From Elusimicrobiota bacterium (GTDB lineage Bacteria > Elusimicrobiota > Endomicrobiia > Endomicrobiales > Endomicrobiaceae): a DNA stretch of 64,000 nt. The position numbers and the translations under genes are program-made. The stretch is taken from assembly GCA_031274365.1 (NCBI GenBank), contig JAISQF010000007.1:8081-72080 (forward strand), in the 5' to 3' direction. Below the pieces are notes generated by a model that was given only the letters and a program-made list of their open reading frames with translations, made no database searches and was not told the DNA's origin. Positions 34,462-45,592 of this stretch are shown here, piece after piece (position 1 is the first letter of the stretch; the number at the start of each line of letters is the position of its first letter).

Positions 34462-35424
34462 TTATTCTGAAATTCCTTCCGCCAACAAATCTCCCTGTTC
34501 AAGACAACCTATAGGCTTTCCGTTTTTATCCACGACGGGAATATTATCTATATTATATTGTTTTAATATTTTTACGGCGTCTATGGCAAGCAAATCCGGA
34601 TCAATTGTTCTCGGAAATTTTGTCATAACGTTTTTTATCGACTCTTTTAACACGCGCTCGCCCTTAATCTGCAATTGACGTCTTAAATCTCCGTCTGTAA
34701 AAAAACCGACAATTTTTTCTTTCTTGTCAATTACGCTTGTCGCTCCAAGTCTAGTCCCCGTCATAACTAAAAGAGCGTCTTTAACTGTAGCATTTTCTTT
34801 AACAACCGGATTATAATTTCCTTTTCTCATAATATCTCTGACATGCATAGTAAGTTTTTTCCCGATAGCCCCCAAAGGATGAAGCAAAGCTAAATCGTCT
34901 TTTTTGAAACCCTTCATATGCGAAACCGTGAGAGCAAGAGCGTCCCCCATAGCTATTAAAGCCGTGGTCGAAGCAGTCGGCGCAAGATTATAAGGACAAG
35001 CTTCTTTTTTGACGCTGCAATTTATAATACAATCCAATCCTTTCCAAACTTCGGCGTTCACTTTTCCCGTCATAACAATTATTTTGATTTTCATCGTTTT
35101 AAGAATAGGCAAAATTTTCTTTATCTCTTCAGTCTCTCCGGAATAAGAAATCATTATTACTATATCGCCTTTCATAATCATTCCCAAATCTCCATGGAGA
35201 CTTTCCGAAGGGTGAATAAAAATAGAAGGAATGCCTATCGAAGACATTGTCGCCGAAATTTTTTTTCCGACAAGCCCCGATTTTCCAAGCCCCATAATTA
35301 TAACATGCCCCTTACAATTTTTCAGAGTCAATGCTGCGGCGTTAAAATTCTTATCAATGTGATCTATCTGATTTTTAACGGCTTGAGCTTCGATTAAAAT
35401 AGTTTCTTTGGCTATTTTATTCAT
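34462..35424 (-). CDS. kpsF: arabinose-5-phosphate isomerase (SIS + tandem CBS)
   Basis: 320 aa; GLGKSG SIS motif, C-terminal CBS pair. Confidence 0.88.
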   Translation of the reverse strand: MNKIAKETILIEAQAVKNQIDHIDKNFNAAALTLKNCKGHVIIMGLGKSGLVGKKISATMSSIGIPSIFIHPSESLHGDLGMIMKGDIVIMISYSGETEEIKKILPILKTMKIKIIVMTGKVNAEVWKGLDCIINCSVKKEACPYNLAPTASTTALIAMGDALALTVSHMKGFKKDDLALLHPLGAIGKKLTMHVRDIMRKGNYNPVVKENATVKDALLVMTGTRLGATSVIDKKEKIVGFFTDGDLRRQLQIKGERVLKESIKNVMTKFPRTIDPDLLAIDAVKILKQYNIDNIPVVDKNGKPIGCLEQGDLLAEGISE

Positions 35425-35428
35425 ATTA

Positions 35429-36061
35429 TTAACCCTTTAATCCATGCGATAGTTTTATGGCTTTGCTCATTTTATCGTAATCTTTTCTTTTTACAAGTCT
35501 TTCTATTTGGCAATCCAAATCAATGCCAAAAGGTAAAATTTTATCGATAGCGGTTTTTATATTTTCAATTTTTACTTCCGAAAGAAAAAAAGGAATGCCG
35601 AAATTTTGAACTTTTATAGGTAATTCAAAATTATATTTTCTTTCCTCTCCCTCAACTTCGGAGTATGAAAAATCTAAAACCAAATAATCAATTTTTCCAA
35701 TATAAGTTTCAATTTTTGCAAAAATTGATTCATCATTTTCTATCTTAAAATACTTGAAAACTTTAATTTGCGCATTCTTAAAATCCTCGCACATTTGCGG
35801 ACTTTCATCTCCGTTTAATTGAATGTTTTTTAATCCGGTTTTTTTCAAAACTTTTTCTATAGAAATTTTATCCGCATTCAAAAACACTCCGACAGGAATA
35901 ACAAAAGGCGGCAATTTCAAAATATATTCTTTCAACGCTTTCTCGGAAATTTTTTTAGGCGATTCCTTTATAAAATGAAAACCTAAAAAATCAGCCCCTA
36001 GATTAGTGGCTTGTAAAACGTCATTATAATTTGTCAGCCCGCATATTTTAATCTTTGCCAT
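35429..36061 (-). CDS. trpF: phosphoribosylanthranilate isomerase
   Basis: 210 aa; KICGLT N-terminus and TIM-barrel TrpF pattern. Confidence 0.8.
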   Translation of the reverse strand: MAKIKICGLTNYNDVLQATNLGADFLGFHFIKESPKKISEKALKEYILKLPPFVIPVGVFLNADKISIEKVLKKTGLKNIQLNGDESPQMCEDFKNAQIKVFKYFKIENDESIFAKIETYIGKIDYLVLDFSYSEVEGEERKYNFELPIKVQNFGIPFFLSEVKIENIKTAIDKILPFGIDLDCQIERLVKRKDYDKMSKAIKLSHGLKG

Positions 36062-36079
36062 TTATATCTCCCGATTTAT

Positions 36080-36472
36080 TTATTTTCCATAAACTTTTTT
36101 AGGATCAAACAAAGGTTTTCCGACAATTTCCGTCGAACCGTCGTCGTTGACTTTTGTAAAAAAACAACTTCTATGACCCGTATGACACGCCGCACCGCCG
36201 ATTTGATTAACTCTTAAAAGAATACAGTCGGCATCGCAATCGTAAAAAAATTCCTTTACTTCCTGAATATTTCCCGAACTCTCTCCTTTTATCCAAAAGC
36301 TCTGGCGCGAACGACTCCAAAACGTAGCTTTTTTTGTTTCAAGAGTTCTTTTAACGGACTCTTTATTCATCCAAGCAAGCATCAAGACCGCATTATCCTT
36401 ATAGTCCTGAACAATAGCCGGTATCAATCCCGATTTGTCAAATTTCATTTTTGAAATAATTTCATCAAACAT
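36080..36472 (-). CDS. hisI: phosphoribosyl-AMP cyclohydrolase
   Basis: 130 aa; ..GLIPAIVQD.. and C.TG..SCF motifs. Confidence 0.9.
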   Translation of the reverse strand: MFDEIISKMKFDKSGLIPAIVQDYKDNAVLMLAWMNKESVKRTLETKKATFWSRSRQSFWIKGESSGNIQEVKEFFYDCDADCILLRVNQIGGAACHTGHRSCFFTKVNDDGSTEIVGKPLFDPKKVYGK

Positions 36473-36572
36473 TTTTCACCTCGTATTTATATTTTTGATT
36501 CAAAACCCGCCTCAAAATTATTAGAAACGCATCTTTATAATTTTCTATAAATTTTCATTTACAAAATGTTAT

Positions 36573-37328
36573 CTATAATCTAACTTCCACACCTTTTGAT
36601 TTCAAATAATTTTTTAAGTCTTTAATCTCTATCTCCTTATAATGAAAAAGCGACGCCGCCAAAAGAGCCGAAGCGCCGGCTTGGCAGGCTTTGAAAAAAT
36701 GTTCCAAATTTCCAGCGCCCCCCGAAGCTATAACGGGGACATTAACTTTATCGCTTATGATTTTCAATAAATCTATATCGTATCCGTCTTTTGTTCCGTC
36801 TTTATCCATACTTGTAAGTAAAATTTCCCCCGCTCCGAGTTTAACCGCATTTTCCGCCCACAAAATAGCGTCAATACCGGTATCAATTCTTCCTCCGTTA
36901 ACAAAAACATTCCATTTGCCGTCGCTTATTTTTTTTGCGTCTATGGCGACAACGATGCATTGATTTCCAAAAATTTCCGCCGCCTCTTTTACAAATTGAG
37001 GATTTTTTACCGCAATAGAATTTAGAGAAACTTTATCAGAGCCGGCATTTAACAACTTTCTTATATCCTCTATCGTTCTTATTCCGCCGCCCACAGTCAA
37101 AGGTATAAAAACCTGCTCGGCAGTTTTTCTTACCAAATCAACGGTCGTCTGTCTATCCTCATGAGTGGCCGTAATATCTAAAAAAACAATTTCGTCCGCG
37201 CCCTCTTTATTATACCTTTTAGCGACTTCAACCGGATCGCCCGCATCGCGCAAATTTATAAAATTTGTTCCTTTAACAACTCTGCCTCTGTCCACGTCCA
37301 AACACGGTATTATGCGCACGCTAAGCAT
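36573..37328 (-). CDS. hisF: imidazole glycerol phosphate synthase cyclase subunit
   Basis: 251 aa; [16 protein letters not shown] motifs. Confidence 0.95.
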   Translation of the reverse strand: MLSVRIIPCLDVDRGRVVKGTNFINLRDAGDPVEVAKRYNKEGADEIVFLDITATHEDRQTTVDLVRKTAEQVFIPLTVGGGIRTIEDIRKLLNAGSDKVSLNSIAVKNPQFVKEAAEIFGNQCIVVAIDAKKISDGKWNVFVNGGRIDTGIDAILWAENAVKLGAGEILLTSMDKDGTKDGYDIDLLKIISDKVNVPVIASGGAGNLEHFFKACQAGASALLAASLFHYKEIEIKDLKNYLKSKGVEVRL

Positions 37329-38049
37329 TTTCGCCGGCCTTTATGGCTTTTTGTAAATCAAAATTTCCCGTGTACATTGCGCTCCCGACTATAACTCCTA
37401 TTACTCCGCCGCTTTCATATTTTTTGAGTTTTATTATATCGTCCATATCTTTAATCCCGCCGGAAACAATTATCCTTAAATTTCTATCGATAAGTTTTTC
37501 TAATCCCTTAAAATCCGGACCGCTGAGAGTTCCGTCCCTTGAAACATCCGTATAAATAAACTCTTTTATCCCAACTTCAATCATTTGCAAAACAAAATCC
37601 TCAATATAAATTTCTGAAATTTCTTTCCACCCTTTGACTGCAACTTTTTCATCTTTTACGTCAAGAGCGATAATAATTTTTTCTTGACCGTATTTATCGA
37701 CGGCTTCTTTTACTATCTCGGGATTTTTTACAGCCGCAGTTCCTAAAATTGCAAAATCGGCGCCGGCGGAAAATATATTTTTAATTCTCTCCATATCCCT
37801 TATGCCTCCGCCGACTTCTATTTTCACATCGATTTCACCGCATATTTTTTTTATAATTGAAAAATTATCGATTGAATTTTGCAAAGCCGCGTCTAAATCG
37901 ACTATATGAATTCTTTTTGCCCCTTTTGATTTCCAGAGTTTTGCCGTCTCAAAAGGATCGTTTGAATGAATGGTTTCATTTTCAATTTTGCCTTGTTTTA
38001 ACCTAACCGAATTTCCATTACGTATATCTATCGCCGGTATTATTAACAT
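37321..38049 (-). CDS. hisA: ProFAR isomerase
   Basis: 242 aa; IIPAIDI.. HisA pattern; overlaps hisF by 8 nt. Confidence 0.92.
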   Translation of the reverse strand: MLIIPAIDIRNGNSVRLKQGKIENETIHSNDPFETAKLWKSKGAKRIHIVDLDAALQNSIDNFSIIKKICGEIDVKIEVGGGIRDMERIKNIFSAGADFAILGTAAVKNPEIVKEAVDKYGQEKIIIALDVKDEKVAVKGWKEISEIYIEDFVLQMIEVGIKEFIYTDVSRDGTLSGPDFKGLEKLIDRNLRIIVSGGIKDMDDIIKLKKYESGGVIGVIVGSAMYTGNFDLQKAIKAGENA

Positions 38050-38679
38050 TTATGCGCATGCTCCTATAAAATTTTTCATCAGCCGCAATCCGCAGTCTCC
38101 GCTTTTTTCCGGATGAAATTGACTGCCCCAAATATTATCAAGAGCTATAGCAGAACAAAAATCAAATCCATATTCCGTAAACGCCGCCGCTTGCCGCGAA
38201 TTTTTCAGCTCGGCATAATAAGAATGAACAAAATAAAATTGCTCGTTATTTTTTATACCGCCAAACATTTTTTTTGTATTGACATCGTCTTTATAACAAA
38301 CATTATTCCAACCCATATGCGGAATTTTCAAATCATTACCGTCGAAATCAAAACGTTTCACTTCTCCCTCGATAATATTAAGTCCGTCATATTCTCCATT
38401 TTCATAACTCTTTGTAAAAAGAAGCTGAAAGCCAAGACAAGTTCCATATAACATTTTACCAGCCGCAGTATAATCCAATATGGCTTTGTCAAAATCCAAC
38501 TTTTTCAAAAAATGAACGGCCGGTCCAAAAGCCCCCACACCCGGCAAAATAGCCCCGCTGTATTTAACAATATCTTTTGGCAAATTTATTACCGCGGGTT
38601 CCGCTCCGCAATAAGCGACGGCGTTTATAACGCTTTTAACATTTCCAAAACCATAATCAATTATTGCAATTTTTTTCAT
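38050..38679 (-). CDS. hisH: imidazole glycerol phosphate synthase glutaminase subunit
   Basis: 209 aa; class I GATase (GTCLGFQ, FHPE). Confidence 0.93.
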   Translation of the reverse strand: MKKIAIIDYGFGNVKSVINAVAYCGAEPAVINLPKDIVKYSGAILPGVGAFGPAVHFLKKLDFDKAILDYTAAGKMLYGTCLGFQLLFTKSYENGEYDGLNIIEGEVKRFDFDGNDLKIPHMGWNNVCYKDDVNTKKMFGGIKNNEQFYFVHSYYAELKNSRQAAAFTEYGFDFCSAIALDNIWGSQFHPEKSGDCGLRLMKNFIGACA

Positions 38680-38711
38680 ACTTGTTTTTCCTGTTTTTAT
38701 CGTCTAAAAAT

Positions 38712-39482
38712 TTATCCAAATCTTCCGGAGACATAATCGTCGGTTTTTTTGTCGCCCGGATTAGTAAAAATTTTTGAAGTCTTATCAAATTCAATCAATT
38801 CGCCAAGCAGCATAAAAGCCGTATCCTGAGAAACTCTCGCCGCCTGCTGCATATTATGAGTGACAATAACTATCGTATAATCTTCTTTCAGCCTCATCAT
38901 CAATTCCTCTATGCGTTGAGTGGCGTGAGGATCTAAAGACGAACAAGGTTCGTCAAGCAAAATAATCTGCGGACGGACTGCAATAACTCTTGCAATACAT
39001 AATCTTTGCTGCTGCTCAAGCGTCAATAAAAGAGCGGACTTTTTCAATTTATCTTTTATATCGTCCCATAACAGAACGGATTCAAGCGATTTTTGAACGA
39101 TTTCGTCTATGACGTTTCTTTTTCTTTCTATCCTATTTACTTCCAAACCAAAAGAGACATTATTATAAACGGATATTGGAAAAGGATTAGGTCTTTGAAA
39201 AACCATACCGACATTGCGTCTCAGAACGTCTATATCAATATTTTGATCATAAATATTATTTCCCGCAATATTTATTTCTCCTTCCGTTTTTACTCCTTCT
39301 ATCATATCGTTCATTCTATTTATAGAGCGCAATAAAGTTGACTTGCCGCAGCCCGACGGACCTATCATCGAAGTAATTCTTTTTTCCTTTATAGTCATAT
39401 TCACATTTTTTAGACCTTGGAACGAGCCGTAATAAAGATTAAAGTTTTTGATTTCTATCTGAGCCATTGTTGATATTTTCAC
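38712..39482 (-). CDS. pstB: phosphate ABC transporter ATP-binding protein
   Basis: 256 aa; GPSGCGKST; C-terminal ..DYVSGRFG typical of PstB. Confidence 0.92.
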   Translation of the reverse strand: MKISTMAQIEIKNFNLYYGSFQGLKNVNMTIKEKRITSMIGPSGCGKSTLLRSINRMNDMIEGVKTEGEINIAGNNIYDQNIDIDVLRRNVGMVFQRPNPFPISVYNNVSFGLEVNRIERKRNVIDEIVQKSLESVLLWDDIKDKLKKSALLLTLEQQQRLCIARVIAVRPQIILLDEPCSSLDPHATQRIEELMMRLKEDYTIVIVTHNMQQAARVSQDTAFMLLGELIEFDKTSKIFTNPGDKKTDDYVSGRFG

Positions 39483-39532
39483 CTTAAAGTAATTTAACTT
39501 TTTAAGATTTATTTTCCCTCTTGTTTTTTGAA

Positions 39533-40315
39533 TTATCCGAATCGTCCGGTTATATAATCGTTTGTTTTTTGTTCTTTAGGGGAAACAAAAAGTTTAGCCG
39601 TACCGCCTATTTCTATAAGACGTCCCATAAGAAAAAAAGCCGTTCTGTCCCCGACTCTTGAAGCCTGTTTGACGTTATTTGTCACAAGAACTATCGTATA
39701 TCTCTTTTTCAAGGCTATCATAGTTTCCTCCACTTTAGCCGTGGAAATCGGATCAAGCCCAGAACACGGTTCGTCAAATAAAATAACCTCAGGATTTATA
39801 GCAAGAATTCTTGCTATACAAAGTCTCTGCTGCTGTCCGCCCGACATTTTCATAGCCGAAGAGTCAAGCCTGTCTTTTACCTCGTCCCATAAAGAAGCGT
39901 CTCTTAAAGCCTGCTCGACAATAGCGTCCATTTCGCTTTTTTTCCCGTGTTTTATAACGCCAAGTCTTTTTGGAGCATAAATAACATTTTCATAAACCGT
40001 CATCGGCAGAGGTATCGGCATAGCAAAAAGCATTCCGACTCTCATTCTCAATTTTTCCATATTCATATGAAAAATATTTTCTTCGTCTAAAAAAACATTT
40101 CCCTTTCTCGAAAAATCAGAATTAAAATCATTCATTCTATTTAACGTCCTCAAAAAAGAAGTTTTGCCGCTATTTGAAGGACCTATTATCGTTAAAATTT
40201 CATTTTTTATTATGCTTAAAGACACATTTTCCAAAACGCATTTGTTTGAAAAAAAACAGCTGAGATCATCAATAAGCATTTTATTTTGATAAAGATTAGT
40301 TTTCATTTTCACCAC
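39533..40315 (-). CDS. pstB: phosphate ABC transporter ATP-binding protein, second paralog
   Basis: 260 aa; GPSNSGKTS, MSGGQQQR, ..DYITGRFG. Confidence 0.88.
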   Translation of the reverse strand: MVKMKTNLYQNKMLIDDLSCFFSNKCVLENVSLSIIKNEILTIIGPSNSGKTSFLRTLNRMNDFNSDFSRKGNVFLDEENIFHMNMEKLRMRVGMLFAMPIPLPMTVYENVIYAPKRLGVIKHGKKSEMDAIVEQALRDASLWDEVKDRLDSSAMKMSGGQQQRLCIARILAINPEVILFDEPCSGLDPISTAKVEETMIALKKRYTIVLVTNNVKQASRVGDRTAFFLMGRLIEIGGTAKLFVSPKEQKTNDYITGRFG

Positions 40316-41163
40316 TTCCTGCGTTTTCTAAAATATATTCTTGCAATAATGGCGATAAGACTCATACTCAACACCATCATCAGAAGAACGAGAGCCGTCG
40401 CAAAAATTATATTTTTAGGCATATTTGGTATTTGTGTGGAAATTATATAAAGATGATAAGGCAAAGCCATCACTTGATCAAAAGGAGATCGCGGAATATG
40501 TGGGAGATAAAAAGCCGCGGCTGTAAAAAGAATCGGCGCCGTTTCTCCCGAGATCCTTGCAATACTTAAAATTGCTCCGGTTAAAATGCCGGGCAAAGCA
40601 TTCGGCAAAACAATATGTCTTATCGTCTGCCATCGGCTTACTCCGAGCGCTAAACTTGCTTCTCTAAAAGCCGGCGGAACACTGTTAAGAGCGCCTCTTG
40701 CCGTCGTAATAATTACGGGAAGCTCCATAATCGAAAGAGTTAAAGCTCCGGCTATAATCGACACGCCAAAACCCAAAAACATCACAAAAATCCCAAGTCC
40801 GAATAGTCCATAGACCACCGACGGAATTCCGGCAAGATTTACAATGGCAAGTTTTATAAGCCTTGTAAGCAAAGTATCTTTAGCATATTCGTTTAAGTAT
40901 ATCGCGGCGCAAACTCCTATCGGCAGCGTTATTAAAATTGCGCAAAAAACTATCGAGAGAGTTCCCACTATCGCGGGAAAAATTCCTCCGCTTCTCATCC
41001 CGTTCGTAGGCATAGCGGTTAAAAATTCTAAAGATATGGCCGAATATCCGTTTTTTATAATAATAAAAATTATTATTACGACGGGAATTATCGCAACTAT
41101 CGTCGCGCAAAATAAAAACGCCACTGCAAACTTTTGAGATAATTTCGGATTTAATTTTATCAT
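40309..41163 (-). CDS. pstA: phosphate ABC transporter permease PstA
   Basis: 284-aa membrane ORF between pstC and pstB. Confidence 0.88.
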   Translation of the reverse strand: MIKLNPKLSQKFAVAFLFCATIVAIIPVVIIIFIIIKNGYSAISLEFLTAMPTNGMRSGGIFPAIVGTLSIVFCAILITLPIGVCAAIYLNEYAKDTLLTRLIKLAIVNLAGIPSVVYGLFGLGIFVMFLGFGVSIIAGALTLSIMELPVIITTARGALNSVPPAFREASLALGVSRWQTIRHIVLPNALPGILTGAILSIARISGETAPILFTAAAFYLPHIPRSPFDQVMALPYHLYIISTQIPNMPKNIIFATALVLLMMVLSMSLIAIIARIYFRKRRKW

Positions 41164-42029
41164 TTGTTTTTACTTCTTCCTAAAAATAGATCTGCAATAA
41201 AATTTACCAAAAAAGTAATGAAGAATAAAACCAAAGCGATTGCAAATAAAGCCCTATAATGCAAACCGCCTGTTACCGTTTCGCCCATTTCGGCGGCTAT
41301 CGTCGCAGTCATCGTTCTGACCGGCTCAAAAATCGAATGAGGAATATGAGCGGCGTTTCCCGTTATCATCATAACGGCCATCGTCTCGCCGATAACGCGT
41401 CCTATACCGAGCATTATGGCGGCTATTATTCCGGGCATAGCGGCTTTCAAAACAATTCTTCGTATCGTCTGCCACTTGGTTGCGCCTAAAGCAAAAGCTC
41501 CTTCTTTATACTGCCAAGGAACAGAACGAATGGCGTCTTCCGATATTGTAACTATAGTGGGCATAGCCATAAAAGCAAGCATTATCGAACCTGTAAAAGC
41601 CGTAAGTCCCGTCGGAATATTAAAAAAGACGCGCACAAGAGGAGCAAGCGAAACCATTCCGACAAAACCTATTACTACGCTCGGGACGGCCGCCATAAGT
41701 TCGACCAAAGATTTAAGAATATCTTTTATTTGTTTAGGCGCGAGTTCGGAAATATAAACGGCGGCCATAATTCCGACCGGAACGGCTATTATGCATGCGC
41801 CCACAGTTACAAGAACGGAGCCGACTATTAAAGATAAAATGCCAAACTCAGGAGGATTTGCCGACGGATACCAGAACTTTCCGATAATAAAATCGACAAT
41901 TCCAAATTCCTTAAAGAAAGATATTCCTTCTTTTATCAGAAAACCAAAAATTAAAACTACAAAAACGATTGATAATATTCCGCAAAAGAATATTATTTTT
42001 TCAATAATATCATCTTTAATTTTTCTCAT
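41160..42029 (-). CDS. pstC: phosphate ABC transporter permease PstC
   Basis: 289-aa membrane ORF following pstS. Confidence 0.88.
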   Translation of the reverse strand: MRKIKDDIIEKIIFFCGILSIVFVVLIFGFLIKEGISFFKEFGIVDFIIGKFWYPSANPPEFGILSLIVGSVLVTVGACIIAVPVGIMAAVYISELAPKQIKDILKSLVELMAAVPSVVIGFVGMVSLAPLVRVFFNIPTGLTAFTGSIMLAFMAMPTIVTISEDAIRSVPWQYKEGAFALGATKWQTIRRIVLKAAMPGIIAAIMLGIGRVIGETMAVMMITGNAAHIPHSIFEPVRTMTATIAAEMGETVTGGLHYRALFAIALVLFFITFLVNFIADLFLGRSKNK

Positions 42030-42051
42030 AATTTCTTCCCTTTCTTTATTT

Positions 42052-42924
42052 TCATTTTATCGGGACAAAATCTGTTTCTAAAACTATTTTCTGGCCTTCG
42101 GGCGAAAGCGCAAAACTTATAAACTCTTTAACCGTAACAGACGAATCTTTTTTTGTATAAAGAAATAAAAGTCTTGAAATAGGATAAGAATTGCTTAATA
42201 TATTGCCGGGAGTTGGCGCGATATATTTACTTTTTTTATCCTTTGCTATTTTCAATACTTTTACCTCGTCGTTTGAAAAACCCATTCCCACATATCCGAC
42301 GGCATGCGGATTTTGAGAAACTTCGTCAAAAATTGCCTGAGACGACGGCATCAACAAAGCGTATGGAGAAAATTCATCTTTGGCTTTAGGGTTTCCGCGT
42401 CTTAAAACTTTTTCCTTAAAAAACATATGTGTGCCGGAATTTCCCTCTCTTGATAATATGACAATTTCCAAATCGTCTCCGCCGAGCTCTTTCCAATTTG
42501 AAACATTCCTCATAAAAATATCGCGCGCCTGATCCATAGTAAGTTCGTTTATGGGATTGTCTTTGTTTACTAAAATCACAAGACCGTCGAGACCGACGAC
42601 AATTTCTTGGACGGTAAGATTATTTTTCGCGGCTTCATCCTCTTCCCTGTCTTCTATTTTTCTCGACGACATCGCTATGTCGCAAGTTTCATTTATCAAA
42701 GCCGCAAAACCGGTCCCAGACCCCCCGCCCGTAACCCCGACATTTACTTCGGGTCTATTTTCAACAAATTTCTCCGCCCAGACTTGAACAAGATTTACCA
42801 TAGTGTCCGAACCTTTTATCTGTATTGAATTTCCTTTTGAATTTCTTTCATTAGCGCAGGAAATTAAAAACAAAAACAGAAATAAACAAATCGATAGAAA
42901 AATATTTTTTCTCATTATTCCCAC
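42052..42924 (-). CDS. pstS: phosphate-binding lipoprotein PstS
   Basis: 290 aa; LISC lipobox; GSDT and GGGSGTG phosphate-binding motifs; start may be the MRKN Met at 42915. Confidence 0.9.
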   Translation of the reverse strand: MGIMRKNIFLSICLFLFLFLISCANERNSKGNSIQIKGSDTMVNLVQVWAEKFVENRPEVNVGVTGGGSGTGFAALINETCDIAMSSRKIEDREEDEAAKNNLTVQEIVVGLDGLVILVNKDNPINELTMDQARDIFMRNVSNWKELGGDDLEIVILSREGNSGTHMFFKEKVLRRGNPKAKDEFSPYALLMPSSQAIFDEVSQNPHAVGYVGMGFSNDEVKVLKIAKDKKSKYIAPTPGNILSNSYPISRLLFLYTKKDSSVTVKEFISFALSPEGQKIVLETDFVPIK

Positions 42925-44447
42925 TCTATTGTAGCCGGCGGTTTATTTGAAATATCATAGACCACTCTATTGGCTCCTTTGACTTCATTTATTATCCTTG
43001 AAGAAATTATGCCGAGCAAATCGTAAGGAAGTTTAACCCAATCGGCCGTCATAGCATCTTGAGAATTAACGGCTCTTAAAACAATAACATATTCGTAAGT
43101 TCTCGCGTCGCCCATTACTCCGACGGTTTTTACCGGAAGTATGACCGCAAAGGACTGCCATATTTTTTCATAAAGTCCCGCTTTTCTAATTTCATCCTCA
43201 ATTATAAAATCAGCTTTTTTCAAAATATTAAGTTTTTCACGCGTAATTTCTCCAAGCGTCCTAACTGCAAGACCGGGACCGGGAAAAGGCTGCCTGTCTA
43301 TAATTTCCGACGGAAGTTTAAGCTCTCTGCCCAAAACTCTCACCTCGTCCTTAAAAAGAAATTTCAACGGCTCCACTAATTTTAATTTCATTTTTTTAGG
43401 CAGTCCGCCAACATTATGATGACTTTTTATCGGAACTTTCAATCCTTTTATAGAAACGCTTTCTATAATATCGGGATAAATTGTTCCTTGCAAAAGAAAA
43501 TCTATATTTTTTATTTTCTTGGCTTCTTTTTCAAAAACATCAATAAAAGTTTTTCCAATAATTTTTCTTTTAAGTTCGGGGTCGGTTACATTTTTTAATT
43601 TTGAAAGAAAGAGTCGTTGAGCGTTAATTATTTTCAAATTCTTTCCAAATTTTTTACCGAAAGTTTTTACAACTCTTTTTGTCTCTCCAAACTTTTGAAG
43701 TCCATGATCCACATAAACGCAAAAAAGATTTCTGCCGATAGCTTTATATAAAATCATAGCCGCAACGGAAGAATCAACCCCTCCGGAAAGAGCGCATAAA
43801 ACTTTGGAATTTCCCACTTCTCTCCTAACTCTTTTTATTTCTTCGACCACATACGATTTCATAGTCCAATCTTTTTTTTCTTTGCAAATATTAAAGATAA
43901 AATTTTGAAATATTTTTTGACCATTGACGGAATGTTTTACTTCAGGGTGAAATTGAACGCCGAAAATATTTTTTGAAAGGCTTTCCAAAGCCGCGTATGG
44001 CGAATTGCTTGACTTAGCTATCGCCTTAAAATCTTTTGGAAGTTTAGAGACTTTATCCCCGTGGCTCATCCACAATATTTCTTTTTTCAAAAGGCCTCTA
44101 AACAAAATACTTTTTGTGTTTATATCCACTAAAGCAAGACCAAATTCTCTACGTTTAGAAGCGTTCACTTTTGATCCAAAATATTGAGCTATCAATTGAA
44201 GACCGTAACAAATACCCAGTATGGGAATACCTAAACTCCAAATTCTGCTATCGGGCTTAGGCGAATTTTTTTTATAAACGCTCGCATATCCGCCAGAAAG
44301 TATTATACCTTTTACATTGTTGAAATTTGAAATATCATCAATGTTTTTATCGCCGGGATAAACCTCGCAATATACTTTCTCTTCTCTTATTCGTCTTGCT
44401 ATCAGTTGAGTGTATTGAGCGCCGAAATCTAAAATTAAAATCATCAA
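42915..44447 (-). CDS. guaA: GMP synthase (glutamine-hydrolysing)
   Basis: 510 aa; GATase plus SGGVDSS PP-loop; C-terminal ..PPATIEWE. Confidence 0.95.
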   Translation of the reverse strand: MMILILDFGAQYTQLIARRIREEKVYCEVYPGDKNIDDISNFNNVKGIILSGGYASVYKKNSPKPDSRIWSLGIPILGICYGLQLIAQYFGSKVNASKRREFGLALVDINTKSILFRGLLKKEILWMSHGDKVSKLPKDFKAIAKSSNSPYAALESLSKNIFGVQFHPEVKHSVNGQKIFQNFIFNICKEKKDWTMKSYVVEEIKRVRREVGNSKVLCALSGGVDSSVAAMILYKAIGRNLFCVYVDHGLQKFGETKRVVKTFGKKFGKNLKIINAQRLFLSKLKNVTDPELKRKIIGKTFIDVFEKEAKKIKNIDFLLQGTIYPDIIESVSIKGLKVPIKSHHNVGGLPKKMKLKLVEPLKFLFKDEVRVLGRELKLPSEIIDRQPFPGPGLAVRTLGEITREKLNILKKADFIIEDEIRKAGLYEKIWQSFAVILPVKTVGVMGDARTYEYVIVLRAVNSQDAMTADWVKLPYDLLGIISSRIINEVKGANRVVYDISNKPPATIEWE

Positions 44448-44483
44448 CTATTCCTTATTGTCATCATTGTCATCATTTTGTAT

Positions 44484-45011
44484 TTATAAAGAAACATTTT
44501 CCAAAGATTCCCAACGATTAGACTTAGTTTTTAGACAAAAGAAAATTATAATAACGACAGCACCTATAATAGAGAGAGTAAAACTTACATTTATAATATT
44601 TGATAATGTCTGAACTATGGCTAAATTGTCAGCGGAGAAACCGTCAACACTGTAAAAAGCCTGAAAAGAAAAGACGGTAAAAGCTATATATGAAACTATG
44701 AGAACCGCAATAGGAATAATACCGATTAAAAGCCACCAGCCTCTAAAATTTATATCGTGCAATCTGCGGACTTTTATTGACAAAGACGGAAGCAATAATC
44801 CTAACAGAACAATTAAATTCAAAATTCCGACGGCTGAGGACAATGTGAATGCGCCCAAAGCGATAAAAATTAAATTAACAAAGTAAAGAATCAAGAGAAC
44901 AATAACGGCGCACAAAGAGAAAAGCCAGAATGTTTTTCTTGGAACACAACCCTTAAAATCAACATAATGTTTAGTAATTATCTCTAAGAAATATAATTTA
45001 ATAAAATTCAT
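44484..45011 (-). CDS. DUF805-family inner-membrane protein
   Basis: 175 aa; RRLHDINFRGWW motif. Confidence 0.75.
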   Translation of the reverse strand: MNFIKLYFLEIITKHYVDFKGCVPRKTFWLFSLCAVIVLLILYFVNLIFIALGAFTLSSAVGILNLIVLLGLLLPSLSIKVRRLHDINFRGWWLLIGIIPIAVLIVSYIAFTVFSFQAFYSVDGFSADNLAIVQTLSNIINVSFTLSIIGAVVIIIFFCLKTKSNRWESLENVSL

Positions 45012-45046
45012 TTTATCTCCTTTTGTCCATAATTAAATTTTTACAA

Positions 45047-45592
45047 TCAAACTTTTGACGATACTATCTCTTTTTGTTTTTGATATTTTCCTTTTCTATC
45101 CGCATAAGAAACTTCGCAAATTTCACCGGCTTGCAAAAACAAAACTTGAGCTATGCCTTCATTTGCATAAACTCTTACGGGAAGCGACGTTGTATTTGCT
45201 ATGGATAATGTTACAAAACCCTCCCACTGAGGTTCAAAAGGAGTAATGTTTACAAAAATTCCGCACCTTGCATATGTGGATTTGCCAAAAGCTATGGTGA
45301 TAATATCGCGCGGAATTCTAAAATACTCCAATGATTTTCCCAAAACAATAGAATTAGGTTTTACATCTATAAAATCTTTTACCTCAACGGGCTTAAAAAC
45401 TCCGCTTGAATTTTTCGGATCTAAAATACCGTCGGTTTTCATTATCATAAATTCATTTGACAATCTCATATCATATCCGTAAGAAGAAGTCCCAAAAGAA
45501 ATTTTTCCGTCTTTTATCTGGCCCGGCTCAAACGGCTCTATCATTTTATTTTCAAGAGCCATTTTTTTTATCCATCTGTCATTTTTTACCAT
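45047..45592 (-). CDS. dcd: dCTP deaminase
   Basis: 181 aa; ..SSYGYDMRL.. Dcd/Dut-fold motifs. Confidence 0.9.
   Translation of the reverse strand: MVKNDRWIKKMALENKMIEPFEPGQIKDGKISFGTSSYGYDMRLSNEFMIMKTDGILDPKNSSGVFKPVEVKDFIDVKPNSIVLGKSLEYFRIPRDIITIAFGKSTYARCGIFVNITPFEPQWEGFVTLSIANTTSLPVRVYANEGIAQVLFLQAGEICEVSYADRKGKYQKQKEIVSSKV

Noticed and set aside
38712-40315. Tandem pstB paralogs as something unusual
   Set aside because: Duplicate PstB genes after pstSCA are a known arrangement in several bacterial lineages. Both copies keep Walker A/B and signature motifs.
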